Positions 1 to 13,700 of a stretch of DNA of 64,000 nucleotides are shown piece by piece. Origin of the DNA: Cenarchaeum sp. (GTDB lineage: Archaea > Thermoproteota > Nitrososphaeria > Nitrososphaerales > Nitrosopumilaceae); NCBI GenBank assembly GCA_965242695.1, contig CBDESU010000001.1:1152001-1216000 (forward strand), read 5' to 3'. The notes under the pieces were generated by a model, which was not told the origin of the DNA, ran no database searches, and saw only the letters and a program-made list of their open reading frames with translations. Position numbers and translations under genes: made by a program. Position 1 is the first letter of the stretch; every line of letters begins with the position of its first letter.

Positions 1-1710
1 AGTACGACAGAGTCCGAGACGGCGGGGGTGTCGGTTGGCGATGCGCCAAACATGCCCGACAGTGTGCCCATGTCCGAGACGGTGGGGGTGTCGGTTGCCG
101 TGGCGTTGAACGTGCCGACGGCCGCGGCAGAGTCCGAGACGGTGGGGGTGTCGGTCTGCATGATGCCGAACATGCCGGAGGTGGTGGCAGAGTCCGAAAC
201 CGAGGGGGTGTCGGTTGCCGTGGCGTTGAACGTGCCGACGGCCGCGGCAGAGTCCGAGACTGCAGGGGCGTCGGTTGGCATGATGCCGAACATGCCGGAG
301 GTGGTGGCAGAGTCCGAAACCGAGGGCGTGTCGGACGGCATGATGCCGAACATGGCCGTGGCCGTGGCCGAGTCCGAAACCGAGGGCGTGTCGGACGGGG
401 TAATTCCGAACATGCCGGAGGTGGTGGCAGAGTCCGAGACTGTGGGGGCGTCGGCCGGGACGATTGCAAACGTGCCCAGCTGCGTGGCCATGTCCGAGAC
501 GGCCGGAGCGTCGCCGACACTGGCCCCGTACGTGCCCGACAGATTGGCCATGTCCGAGACGGCCGGGGCGTCGGAGGCCGATGCGTTGAACATGGCCGTG
601 GCCGTGGCCGAGTCCGAAACCGAGGGCGTGTCGGACGGGGTAATTCCGAACATGCCGGAGGTGGTGGCCGAGTCCGAGACTGTGGGGGCGTCGGCCGGGA
701 CGATTGCAAACGTGCCCAGCTGCGTGGCCATGTCCGAGACGGCCGGAGCGTCGCCGACACTGGCCCCGTACGTGCCCGACAGATTGGCCATGTCCGAGAC
801 GGTCGGGGCGTCGGAGGCCATGATGCCGAACATGGCCGTGGCCGTGGCCGAGTCCGAGATGGCAGGGGTGTCGCGCGGCATGATGCCGAACATTCCAGAG
901 GCGGTCGCCGAGTCAGAGATCGAGGGGTCGTCCGAGGCCATCGTATTGAACATTCCCGTAGTCGCGGCCGAGTCCGAGACGGAGGGGGTGTCGGACGGGG
1001 TGGCCGCGAACATGCTGGTCTGAGTGGAAGAGTCCGAGACGGAGGGGGTGTCGGACGGGGTGGCCGCGAACATGCTGGTCTGCGTGGAAGAGTCCGACAC
1101 TGCGGGGGTGTCGGCGGCAGTGACACCGAACATGGCCGAAGCGGTGGCCGAGTCTGATACGGATGGGGCGTCGCGCGGCGCGATTCCGAACATGGCCGTG
1201 GCCGCGGCAGAGTCCGAGACGGAGGGGGTGTCGGACGGGGTGGCCGCGAACATGCTGGTCTGCGTGGAAGAGTCCGACACTGCGGGGGTGTCGGCGGCAG
1301 TGACACCGAACATGGCCGAAGCGGTGGCCGAGTCTGATACGGATGGGGCGTCGCGCGGCGCGATTCCGAACATGGCCGTGGCCGTGGCCGAGTCCAAGAC
1401 GGAGGGGGTGTCGCCTGCAGTGACGCCGAACATGGCCGAAGCGGTGGCCGAGTCTGATACGGATGGGGTGTCGCGCGGCGCGATTCCGAACATGGCCGTG
1501 GCCGTGGCCGAGTCCGAGACGGAGGGGGTGTCGGACGGGGTGGCCGCGAACATGCTGGTCTGCGTGGCCGAGTCCGAGACGGAGGGGGTGTCGGCGGCAG
1601 TGACACCGAACATGGCCGAAGCGGTGGCCGAGTCTGATACGGATGGGGCGTCGGCCGGGGTGGCCGCGAACATGCGGGTCTGCGTGGCCGAGTCCGAGAC
1701 GGAGGGGGCA
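1..1710 (-). repeat. 60-bp (20-aa) degenerate tandem repeat, about 28 units, with higher-order 180-bp and 240-bp duplications
   Basis: 'gagtccgagac...gtgtcg...gaacatg' recurs on every 60-nt line. 361-600 closely matches 601-840. Encodes units like MFAATPSDTPSVSDSSTQTS. Confidence 0.93.
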
Positions 1711-4700
1711 TCACCGTGCACCTGTGCAGTCATTGCAGGCAAGCCGTCGACAAGGATGCTTTTCAGGACGCCGAGCGCCTGTGCGGATCCCGCCGCCGGC
1801 AGCGAGTGGGCGTACGTGTCGTTGAGGTAGTTTGTGATCGGGCCGCCGGCCAGCGCATTCGTGCCGTTGTGGTCGAGTATGCCCGAGTCGCCTAACTTGA
1901 CAGCGTACCCGAACGTGAGCGCCGTCGTGCCGTTGCCGGACGCGTACGCCGCGCTGCCCCCCGTGCTCATCGCAAGCACGGGCGGGTTGTCGGCATCGAC
2001 GTACACCCTGCCCTCGAACACGACCGTGACGTTGACCGTGGTGCCGGTATAGTACGTGCCGTTGGCGTCGTGCGACGTGACGCGCAGCGCGGACGGCGAT
2101 CGCGGCGAGATCCCAAGCAGTTCCACCGTGTCCTGGCCCGACGAGGCCACGGCGGCGTACGCGCGGCCGTTGGGCAGGGTGAATGCGACGACATCTGTGT
2201 TGGCGCCAAGCTGAAACAGAGGGAAACGAAACACCAGCCGCGTGGCCGCGTCGATCCCCTCCAGGGTTCCGTCCTCGTGCACGCGGATCAGCTGCGCTCC
2301 GCCGCCCGGCCCAAAATGCGCCTGCTTGCCGTCGGCATACGAGGCCACGAGCACGTACGTGTCGCCGTCCAGCACGAGCGCATCGGCGCCGTTGGCCAGC
2401 TCCAGCGCGGAATAGCCCGAATCGCCGTGGCCCACCGAGTCCGGCCCCGAAAGGGTGCCGTCGTCGTGCACGCGAATCAGCTGCGCGCCGCTGTCGGCAT
2501 ACGAGGCGGCCAGCACGTGCTTTGAGCCGTTGCGCAGGGCAAAGGATACGAGGCCGTCGGCGCCGTCGAGCTCCTGAAATCCGGCGTCGTCGGATGCTGA
2601 CCTCTGGTAGGCCGTGGCGCCGCCGTCGCCCACCCTGAACATGTCCACGCCGCCGCTGCTCCGCCCGCCCGCGAGGGCGTACGTGCCGCCGCCGGGCAGG
2701 ACGAGCGTGGTCGCAGCGCGGCTGTCGCCGAGGTGGGCGTATGGGGGCCCCGGCCCTATCGATCCCGCGTTGGACATGGTGGCGTCCTCGTGCACGCGGA
2801 TCAGCTGCACCGCATTCTCGGCCGGCGAGGCCACCATTGCGTACGTGTCTCCGCTGCGCAGGGAAAACACGTGCACGCGGTGGGCGCCGGTGAGGGCCAG
2901 GCTGGAATCCTGGTCCTTGCGCAGCGATCCGGCCGCCTGGAGGGAGCCGTCGTCGTGCACGCGGATCAGCTGCACGCCGTTGTCGCCGTGCGAGGACACC
3001 ATGGCGTACGCAGAGCCGTTCCTCAGCCTGAACACGTCCACGAACTGGGCATGGCTGAGCGTGTCAAAGTCGGAACCGCTGGAAACGCTGTCGTCGCGCG
3101 CAAAGTCCCCGCACTCTAGGTCGCCGCGCTCGTTCACGAGGAGCATCTGCACGGCATGGGAGCCGCGCGCGGCCGCGATGACGTACGTGTCGCCGTTGGG
3201 CAGGGTGATGGCGTCGAGGCCGTAGGCGCCGTTCAATGTGGCGACGGACTCGCAGGCGGCAAAGAAGCTTCGCAGGGAGCTCAGTACGGGGCGCATCGTG
3301 GACGGCGGCGGAGAGAGGGACGTGTCAATTACAATATCCTCCGTTGCGGCAAGCGAGCCGTCGTCCCCGTGGCGCGGCAGCCCCGACACCACATTGCGCC
3401 CGTTTGCGTCCCGAATGGCCCCGCCGTTGAGCTTCAGGGCCCCCGTGCCGGCATAGTCCAGGTCGTCCGTGCGGTCTCCCTGCCTTACCACATACTCGAA
3501 TACGAGCGCAGTCGTGCCGTTGCCTGAGGCGTACGCGGCCGTTCCGGCGGTGGCTCCGCCCGTGCTCAGCTCGAGCGTCGGCGTTCTTCCGCCGGCGCCC
3601 TCGTAGATGGAGACGGGCCGGCCAAAGTCGACCGCGATCGGCACGATTGCGCCCGGGTCCGTGATCGTATGCGGGCCGTACATGTCGTCGTACGGCGACG
3701 AGACGGTCGTGACTGGGCGGCGGATCCCGTCGACCGTAATGTCCTTCAGCTCGCCGAGCGTGCTTCCCGACCCCGCCGCCGGCAGGTCGCGGCCGGCCCC
3801 CGCATTCAGGTAGTTTGTGATCGGGCCGCCCCCGAGCGCGGTTCCGCGGTCGCGGTGGTGGTCAAGGGCCATGCGGGGCTCTCCGTGCTGGACCTCGTAC
3901 TCGAACGCCAGCGCCGTCGTGCCGCTGCCCGACACGTATCTGGCGTCTCTGTCCGTGCTCATCCTGAGCGCGGGCGGGTCGCCGACATCGACGTACACCC
4001 TTGCGTTGAACACGACGCTGACGCGGACGGTCTCGCCGCTGAAGTACGTGCCGTTGGCATCGGGGGACGTGACGTACTGCACGGACGGCGCAGGCATGTC
4101 GATCCTGAACAGGTTCATCGCGTCCACGTTGCCCGAGGCCGTGGCGGCCACGTACGTGCGGTTGTCGGGCAGGGTAAAGGCGGCTACGTCTCTGTATCCA
4201 AACCTACCTCCAGATACCTCGTGGCCCCTGGCAGGGTCGCCCGCCTGGAGCGTGCCGTTCTCGTGCACGCGGATCAGCTGGACGCCCGACTCGAGGTGGT
4301 AGTCGGGAGACGACCGCACATTGGACGACGGGCCGGAGGACACCATGGCGTAGGTGTCGCCGTCTAGGACGAAGGTGTCGACGCCGCTGGCTCTTCGAAG
4401 CTTCAGGGCACTGTTGTCTGCAATCGAGTCCGCCCCCGACAGGGCGCCGGCCTCGTGCACGCGGATGAGCTGGACGGCATGGTTGTCGAACGAGGTGGCC
4501 AGGGCGTAGGTGTCGCCGTTGCGGAGGGTAAAGGCCTCCAGGTCGAAGATGTCGTACAGGTTACTGAACCCGCCGGCGCCGTTCACTGCATCCATCTCGC
4601 GGGCCATGGAGCCGTTGCCGTGCACGCCGAGCAGCTGCACGCGCGGCGAGTTGTCCCCGCCGACGAGGGCGCGCATGCCGCCGTCGCGCAGGCTGAACGC

Positions 4701-7700
4701 GGCAGCGGCGCGGCTCCTGTACAGTGGATCTACCTGGGCGGAGAGCTCCGAGTCCGCCGCGGCCATTGTTCCGTCCTCGTGCACGCGGATGAGCTGGACG
4801 CCGCCGTACTCACTACTACCATCCGTGTCCAACCCATTCGAGGCCACCAAGGCGTACGTGTCGCCGTTGCTGAGGGCGAACACGTCAAGGCCGCTCGGCC
4901 TGGCGAGCGCGTCGTAGGCGCCGCCGCCGGCACCCAGGCTGCCGTTGCGCGCCTCGCCGGCCGCCACGAGGGTCGCATTCTCGTGCACGCGGATTAGCTG
5001 GACGGCGCCGTAGCGGTCGCCGCCGGGGCCGAGAACATGCGAGGACACCATGGCATACGTGTCGCCGTTGCGCAGCGTGAACGCCTTTACGTGGTAGGGG
5101 TTTGTGAGCGCCGCAAATTCGGCCCCCACCTCCGCCTTCTGGCCGGCGCCAGTCAGCAGCGTGATCGTGCCGCTGCCCGACACATGGAACAGCCGGACCG
5201 AGTTCGTGGCACCACGGTTGTCGTATCCAGTGGTCGCGATGAGGTATGTCTCGCCGTTGCGGAGGGTGAACGCGTCGACGCCGCTGATGGCATCGAAGTC
5301 GTTGTCGATGGGGCGGTTGGGGGGACCCTCGTCGGGGCCGTAGACGTATCCATGCAACTCGATATCCGGCATCAGCGTCGACGGCGGCGGCGAGAGGAAT
5401 GTGTCGATCATGATCGACTCGGATCCGCTGAGCGAGTCCGGGTGCCCGGGAACCGGCAGGGCAGGGCCCAGTTCGGGGGCGTGCCCCGCGTAGTCGGCGA
5501 TCGTCCCGCCGTCGAGCGAGAGCGCGTCCGTTCCGGTGTAGTTCAGGCCGCCCGTGCGGTCGCCCTGTCGCACCGTATACTCGAATACGAGCGTCGACGA
5601 GCCGTTGCCCGAGGCGTACGTCGCGTTGCCGTGCGTTGCGCCGCCCGTGTTCAGCCAGAGCAGCGGGCGGCCGCCGGACTCGCGTATTACGACGGGCTCG
5701 TCAAAGCGGAGCGCGATCGGCACGATTGCGCCCGGGTCGGTGATCGTATGCGGGCCGTACAGGTCGTCGTACGGCGACGTGACGGACAGGAGGGCCGGGG
5801 GCATCGTGTCGGGCACGATCCTCTTGCGCTCGCCGAGCGTGCCCCCCGACCCCCCTGCGGGCAGCGTGCGGTTGGCCGCCTCGCCGAGGTAGTTTGTGAT
5901 CGCGCCGCCTTCCAACGCCCTCGTGTTGTTGTGGTCGAGTGCGACCTGCGGGTCGGTAGCGTTGATGCGGTACTCGAACAAGAGCGCCGTAGTGCCGTTG
6001 CCGGCCAGGTACTTTGCGGCGTTCCCCGTGTTCATCCGCAGCTCGGGCGGGCCGCCCGAGACGTACACCCTGCCGTCGAACGCGACCGTGACGTTGATTG
6101 GGGTGCCGGCCGGGTACGACCCGGCGGCGTCGGGGGACGTGACGTACTGCACGGACGGCGCGGGCAAGTCGATCCTGAACAGGTTCATCGCATCGACGTT
6201 GCCCGATGCCGAGGCGGCCACGTACGTGCGGTCGTCGGGCAGGGTGAATGCGGCCACGTCCTCGTACGCAAACCAGCCGTTGTTGACCTCGTGGCCCCTG
6301 GCAGCGGCTTCCGCCCCGAGGGTGCCGTCTTCGTGCACGCGGATCAGTTGGACGCCCTGCTCCTGCACGCTGCGGTCGGCGGAGGACACCATGGCGTACG
6401 TGTCGCCGTCCAGGACGAAGGTGTCGACGCCGCGGGCGTGCCTCAGCTTCAGGTCGTAGCGGTCGCCGTCGTGGATGTGTCCACTTCCCGAGAGGGAGCC
6501 GTTCTCGTGCACGCGGATCATCTGGACGGCGTGCTCTTCGTGAGAGGTGGCCAGGGCGTATGTGTCGCCGTTGCGGAGGGTAAAGGGCGCAATGTCGAAG
6601 ACGTCGTACAGGTAGTCGAGCCCCGGGGCGCCGCGCGCTGCATGCCCCTCCCGGGACATCGAGCCGTCGGCGTGCACGCCGAGCAGCTGCACGCGGGGCG
6701 AGTCGTCCCCGCCGACAAGGGCGTGTGTGCTGCCGTTGCGCAGCTCGAACGCGGCCACGGCGCGGCTCAGGTACAGGGAATCGTATGGCCCTGGATAGGG
6801 TATATTCGACAATTCCGAGCCGGCCGCGGACATCGTGCCGTCCTCGTGCACGCGGATGAGCTGGACGCCGCCGTAGTCGGTCGACGTGGACGCATCTCCG
6901 GTAGAGGACACCATGGCGTACGTGTCGCCGTTGCGGAGTGCGAATACCGCGAGGTCGCGCGGCCTGGCGAGCGCATCGTAGGCGTTGCCATCGGCGCCCA
7001 TGCTGCCGTTGCGCGCCACACCGGCCGCCTCCAGGGTCGCATTCTCGTGGATGCGGAACAGCTGGACGGCGCCGTCGCCGCTGGTGCGGGTGCTTTCCAT
7101 CGAGGACACCATGGCGTACGTGTCGCCGCTGCGGAGGGCGAACGCCTCCACGTGGAGGGGGTTTGGCATTGCCGGAAATTCGGTCGCGTTCAGCCGCTGG
7201 CCCGGGCCGGCCAGCCGCGCGAGCCCGCCGTCGCGCGCCACATGGAACAGCTGGACGGCGTTGCCGTCCACGCCGCTGGCGCTGTACACGGCCGCGGCGA
7301 GGTACGTCTCGCCGTCGCGCAGGGTGAACGCGTCGACGCTGCCGATGCCGTCGATGTAGGTGCTACTGCCGTCGTAGACGTAGCTGGTACGGTTGATCAC
7401 CGGCATCAGCGTCGACGGCGGCGGCGAGAGGTGCGTGTCGATTGCAATCGACTCGGATCCGCCGAGCGAGTTTGGATCACCGGGGGCCGGCAGCCGCAGG
7501 ACGGCGGCGTATCCCAGCGGGTCGGTTATGGTCCCGCCGTTGAGCGAGAGCGCATCCCTGCCGGTGTAGTTCAGGCCGCCCGTGCGGTCGCCCTGCCGGA
7601 CCGTGTACTCGAAGACGAGCGTCGACGAGCCGTTGCCGGACGCGTACGTGGCGTTGCCGTATGTCGCGCCGCCCGTGTCCAGCTCTAGCACTGGGCGGCC

Positions 7701-10700
7701 GTCCCGCTCGCCGATGACGACGGCCTCGCTGAATGCGATCTCGATGGGTATGATCGCGTTCGCGTCGGTGATCGTATGCGGGCCGTACAGGTCGTCGTAC
7801 GGGGACGAGACGGACAGCAGGGCGGGCGGCATCGTGTCGATTACGATGCTCTTTCGCTCGCCGAGCGTGTTGCCCGACCCCGCCGCCGGCAGCGTGCGGT
7901 TGGCCGCGGCATTCAGGTAGTTTTTGATCGAGCCGTCAAGCGCGTTCGGGCCGACGCCGTGGTCGAGCGCGTTCGCGTCCGGGCGCTCGATGGTGTACTT
8001 GAACTCCAGGGCCGTCGTGCCGTTGCCCGCCACGTACGTCGCATCGCGGCCCGTGCTCATGTTGAGCGTCGGCGGGCTGTCGGCATCGACGTACACCCTT
8101 GCGTTGAACACGACGCTGACGCGGACGGTCTCGCCGCTGAAGTACGTGCCGTTGGCATCGGGGGACGTGACGTACTGCACGGACGGCGCGGGCATGTCGA
8201 TCCAGAACAGGTTCATCGCGTCCACGTTGCCCGAGGCCGTGGCGGCCACGTACGTGCGGTTGTCGGGCAGGGTAAAGGCGGCTACGTCTCTGTATGCAAA
8301 CCTACCTCCAGATTCCTCGTGGCCCCTGTCAGGGTCGCCCGCCTGGAGCGTGCCGTTCTCGTGCACGCGGATCAGCTGGACGCCCGACTCGAGGTGGTAG
8401 TCGGGAGACGACGGCACAGGGGACGACGGGCCGGAGGACACCATGGCGTAGGTGTCGCCGTCTAGGACGAAGGTGTCGACGCCGCTGGCTCTTCGAAGCT
8501 TCAGGGCGCTGTTGTCTGCAATCGAGTCCGCCCCCGACAGGGCGCCGGCCTCGTGCACGCGGATGAGCTGGACGGCATGGTTATCGAACGAGGTGGCCAG
8601 GGCGTAGGTGTCGCCGTTGCGGAGGGTAAAGGCCTCCAGGTCGAAGATGTCGTACAGGTTACTGAACCCGCCGGCGCCGTTCACTGCATCCATCTCGCGG
8701 GCCATGGAGCCGTTGCCGTGCACGCCGAGCAGCTGCACGCGCGGCGAGTTGTCCCCGCCGACGAGGGCGCGCATGCCGCCGTCGCGCAGGCTGAACGCGG
8801 CAGCGGCGCGGCTCAGGTGCAGGGGATCGCGTATCACGGAGCCGGCGGGCGGATCCGAGAGCTCCGAGTCCGCCGCGGCCATTGTTCCGTCCTCGTGCAC
8901 GCGGATGAGCTGGACGCCGCCGTACTCACTGCTACCACGCGTGTCCAACCCATTCGAGGCCACCACAGCGTACGTGTCGCCGTTGCTGAGGGCGAACACG
9001 TCAAGGCCGCTCGGCCTGGCGAGCGCGTCGTAGGCGCCGCCGCCGGCGCCCAGGCTGCCGTTGCGCGCCTCGCCGGCCGCCACGAGGGTCGCATTCTCGT
9101 GCACGCGGATCAGCTGGACGGCGCCGTCGCGGTCGCCGCCGGGGCCGAGAACATGCGAGGACACCACGGCATACGTGTCGCCGTTGCGCAGCGTGAACGC
9201 CTTTACGTGGTAGGGGTTTGTGAGCGCCGCAAATTCGGCCCCCACCTCCGCCTTCTGGCCGGCGCCGGTCAGCAGCGTGATCGTGCCGCTGCCCGACACA
9301 TGGAACAGCCGGACCGAGTTCGTGGCACCACGGTTGTCGTATCCAGTGGTCGCGATGAGGTATGTCTCGCCGTTGCGGAGGGTGAACGCGTCGACGCCGC
9401 TGATGGCATCGAAGTCGTTGTTGCCTTGGCGTGGGCCGTAGACGTATCCATGCAACTCGATATCCGGCATCAGCGTCGACGGCGGCGGCGAGAGGGACGT
9501 GTCGATTGCAATCGACTCGGATGCGCTCAGCGAGTTCGGACGCCCGGGGGCCGGCAGCTGCAGGTCCGGGACGCGCCCCGACGGCTCCGCTATGGAGCCG
9601 CCGTTGAGCGACAGGGCGTTCCTGCCGGTGTAGTTCAGGTCGCCCGTGCGGTCTCCCTGCCGGACCGTATACTCGAAGACGAGCGTCGTCGAGCCGTTGC
9701 CCGACGCGTATGTCGCGTTGCCGTGCGTTGCGCCGCCCGTGTCCAGCTCGATCGTCGGCATGCCCTCCGACTCGTAGATTGCGACGGCCTCGTCAAAGTT
9801 GAGCGCGATCGGTACGACCGCGCCCGGATCGGTGATCGTATGCGGGCCGTACAGGTCGTCGTACGGGGACGAGACGGACAGCAGCTCGGGATCGGTCATG
9901 TCGATCCAGATCGCCTTGAGTTCGCCGAGCGTGCTCCCCGACCTGTCCGCCGGCAGCAGGCGGTCGGCCGTCTCGTTGAGGTAGTTTGTGATCGTGGCGC
10001 CCGCCAGCGCCGTCCGGCCGTCGTGGTCGAGCGCGATCGGGCCGTCGTCGGCCCGAACGACATACTCGAACGCCAGCGCCGTCGTGCCGTTGCCCGACAC
10101 GTATGTCGCGTCGTGCCCCGTGTTCAACCGGAGCGCGGGCGGGCCGCCGGCCAGGTACACCCTGGCGTCAAAGACCACCGTGACGTTGATCTTGTCGCCG
10201 GCGGTGTAGTAGCCGTCGGCATCGGGGGACGTGACGTAGCGCACGGACGGCGGCGGCAGTGATATTTCGAACAGGACTACCGCGTCGATGTTGGCTGCCG
10301 CCACGGCCGCGTACGCGCCGCCGTCGCCCAGGGTAAAGGCCGTCACGCCGCGGGGCTGCGAAGGCGTGTTGAGAATGCCGTTCGTGTCGGCCGAGCCGGC
10401 CGCCTCGAGGGTCGCATTCTCGTGCACGCGGATCAGCTGGATGCCGCGATCGTCCTCCGAGGACACCACGGCGTACGTGTCGCCGTCCATGACAATGGTG
10501 TCGACGTCGCTGGCCTCCCTTAGAAGATCAAAGCCGCGTTGGCCGTCGCGCTCCGAGTCCGCCCCCGTGAGGCTGCCGTCCTCGTGCACGCGGACCAGTT
10601 GGACAGTGTGCCTCTCAAACGAGGCGGCAAGCGCATAGGTGCTGCCGTTGCGCAGCGCAAAGGATGCCAGGGCAAAGGTGTCGCGCAGCCTGTCCAATCC

Positions 10701-13700
10701 CGAAGTGCCGTGATCCGCCACCCCGATCTGGTCCAGGGTGCCGTCGCCGCGCACTCCGAGCAGCTGCGTTTCAGGGGAATTTCGCCCTCCCACGAGGGCG
10801 TACGTGCCGCCGTCGCGCAGCCCAAACGCGGCCACGGCGCGGCTGTTGGCCAGGCCGCCATAGCCGGGGATCGACACGGACTTCGAATCGCCAGCGGACA
10901 TGGCGCCGTTCTCGCGCACGCGGATCAGCTGGACGCCGTCTTCAGTCTCAGAGGTCACCATGGCGTACGTGTCGCCGTTGCGCAGGGCGAACACGTCGAC
11001 CTCGAGGGGTTCCTCAAGCACGCCGTGCGTGCCGGCCGCCTCGAGGGTCGCATCCTCGTGCACGCGGATCAGTTGGACGGCATCATCGTCGTTCGAGGCG
11101 ACCATGGCGTACGTGTCGCCGTTGCGGAGGGCGAACGCCTCTACGTGGACGGAGCCGCCGAGCGCCGCAAAGTCGGATCCGCCCCGGACCCTGTGCCTTA
11201 CGTCGAGCACCCCTCCCTCGCGCACCTGGATCAGCCAGACGGACTCTGCATCGTTAGCAGCCGCGATGACGTACGTCTCGCCGTCGCGCAGGGTGAACGA
11301 GTCGATGCCCTGGACGGCGTCCAGGCCAGTCTGGTCGAACACGTACCGATCGGTGTCTCCCGAGCCGGGCGCGATCAGCGCAGGCTTGATAGTCGACGGC
11401 GGCGGCGAGAGGGACGTGTCGATCATGATCGACTCTGATCCGCTGAGCGAGTCCGGATGGCCTGGGGCCGGCAGGACCAGGCCCTGTTCGAAGGCGTGCC
11501 CCGCGTAGTCGGCGATCGCCGCGCCGTTGAGCGAGAACGCGTCCGTGCCGGTGTAGTTCAGGTCGGCCGTGCGGTCGCCCTGCCGGACCGTATACTCGAA
11601 TACGAGTGCAGAGGTGCCGTTGCCGGACGCGTACGTGGCGTTGCCGTGCGTTGCGCCGCCCGCGTCAATCTTTAGGACGGGGCGGCCGTGCCGCTCGTCG
11701 ATGACGGCCGGCTCGTCAAAGTTGAGCGCGATCGGCACGACCGCGCCCGGGTCGGTGATCGTATGCGGGCCGTACAGGTCGTCGTACGGCGACGAGACGG
11801 ACAGCAGGGCGGGCGGCATCGTGTCGATTATGATGCTCTTTCGCTCGCCGAGCGTGTTGCCAGACCCCGCCGCCGGCAGCGCGCGCAGGGCCGGCGTCCC
11901 GAGGTAGTTTTTGATCGCGCCGTCAAGCGAGTTCGGGCCGACGCCGTGGCTGAGCACGCCGTTCGTGTCCATTTCCTCAACCACATACCTGAACGTGAGC
12001 GCCGTCGTGCCGTTGCCGTATGCGTACGTCGCGTCGCGGTCCGTGCTCATGTTGAGCGTCGGCGGGTTGTCGGCATCGACGTACACCCTTGCGTTGAACA
12101 CGACCGTGGCGTAGACCGTGGCGCCGGCCGGGTACGAGCCGTCGGCGTTGGGGGACGTGACGTACCGCACGGACGGCGGCGGCAGCGATATGTCGAAGAG
12201 GGCCACCCCAAAGGCGGTATTCGCGGCCGCGGCGACATGGATGCTGCCGCCTGGCAGGGTGAATGCCGCCACGTCGTCGTAGCGCGCACGTCCATTAAGG
12301 GTGAGTCCGGTGGCCGAGTTCGACGCCTCGAGCGTGCCGTTCTCGTGGACGCGGATCAGCTGGACGCTGTCGTCCTCTATGTTGTACGAGGACGCCACAG
12401 CGTACGTGTCGCCGTCCATGACAAAGGTGTCGACGCCCCGGAGATCTCTCAGATTTAGGCCGACGTCGTCATTTTCAGAGTATGCGATCGAGTCGGGCCC
12501 CGAGATGGAGCCGGCCTCGTGCACGCGGATCAGCTGGACTGCATTCTCGCTGTCCGAGGCCGACAGGACGTACGTGTCGCCGTTGCGCAGCGTAAAGGGC
12601 GCCATGGCGCGGATGTCGTGCAGGTGTGCGAGGTTGCGCTCGCCGTTCGTTGCCAGCCCCTCTAGGGCCAGGGTGCCGTCCTCGCGCACGCCGAGCAGCT
12701 GCAGATGCCTGGTCGCATCCCCGCTTGCGACGGCGTACGTGCCGCCGTCGCGCAGCCCGAACGCGGCCACGGAGATGCTCTTTTCTAGGCCACGGTAGTC
12801 GTTGCGGTCCGCATGCGACTCCGAGTCGGCCGCGGCCATCGTGCCGTCCTCGTGCATGCGGATCAGCTGGACGCCGTCGGACGGCTTCGAGGCCACCATG
12901 GCGTACGTGTCGCCGTTGCGGAGTGTGAACACTTCGAGGTCGCGCGGCCTGGCGAGCGCGTCGTATGCGCGGCCGCCGGCATCCCGCGCGTTGTGAAGCG
13001 CCACGCCGGCCGCCTCCATGGTGGCGTCTTCGTGCACTCGGATCAGCTCGACGCCGCCGTATTCAAGGCCCCTCCCGGACGTCAGCCCATTCGAGGACAC
13101 CAGGGCGTACGTGTCGCCGTTGCGGAGGGTGAATGCCTCCACGTCGAAGGGGTTTTGGAGCGCCGTCGCAAAGGCGACCCTGTCGCTTACCGAAGAGATG
13201 CCGCCGCCCCTGTTCACGTGGAGCAGCTCTACGGTGTGCAGATCGTTCAGGGCCACGATGACGTACGTCTCGCCGTTGCGGAGGGTGAATGCGTCAATGC
13301 CGATGGGGCTCCTAAAGATGGTAGTGCTCTGCACGTTCTTGCGCTTGCTGTAGTCGATCGCCGGCAGGATAGTCGACGGCGGCGGCGAGAGGGACGTGTC
13401 GATCATGATCGACTCTGATCCGCTGAGCGAGTCCGGATGGCCGGGGGCAGGCAGGACCAGGCCCTGTTCGAAGGCGTGCCCCGCGTAGTCGGCGATCGCC
13501 GCGCCGTTGAGCGAGAACGCGTCCGTGCCGGTGTAGTTTAGGTCGGCCGTGCGGTCGCCCTGCCGTACGGTATACTCGAATACGAGCGTAGAGGTGCCGT
13601 TGCCGGACGCGTACGTAGCGTTGCCGTGCGTTGCGCCGCCCGCGTCCACCTCGAGTGTCGGCACGCCCACCGACTCGTAGATTATGACGGGCTCGTCAAA

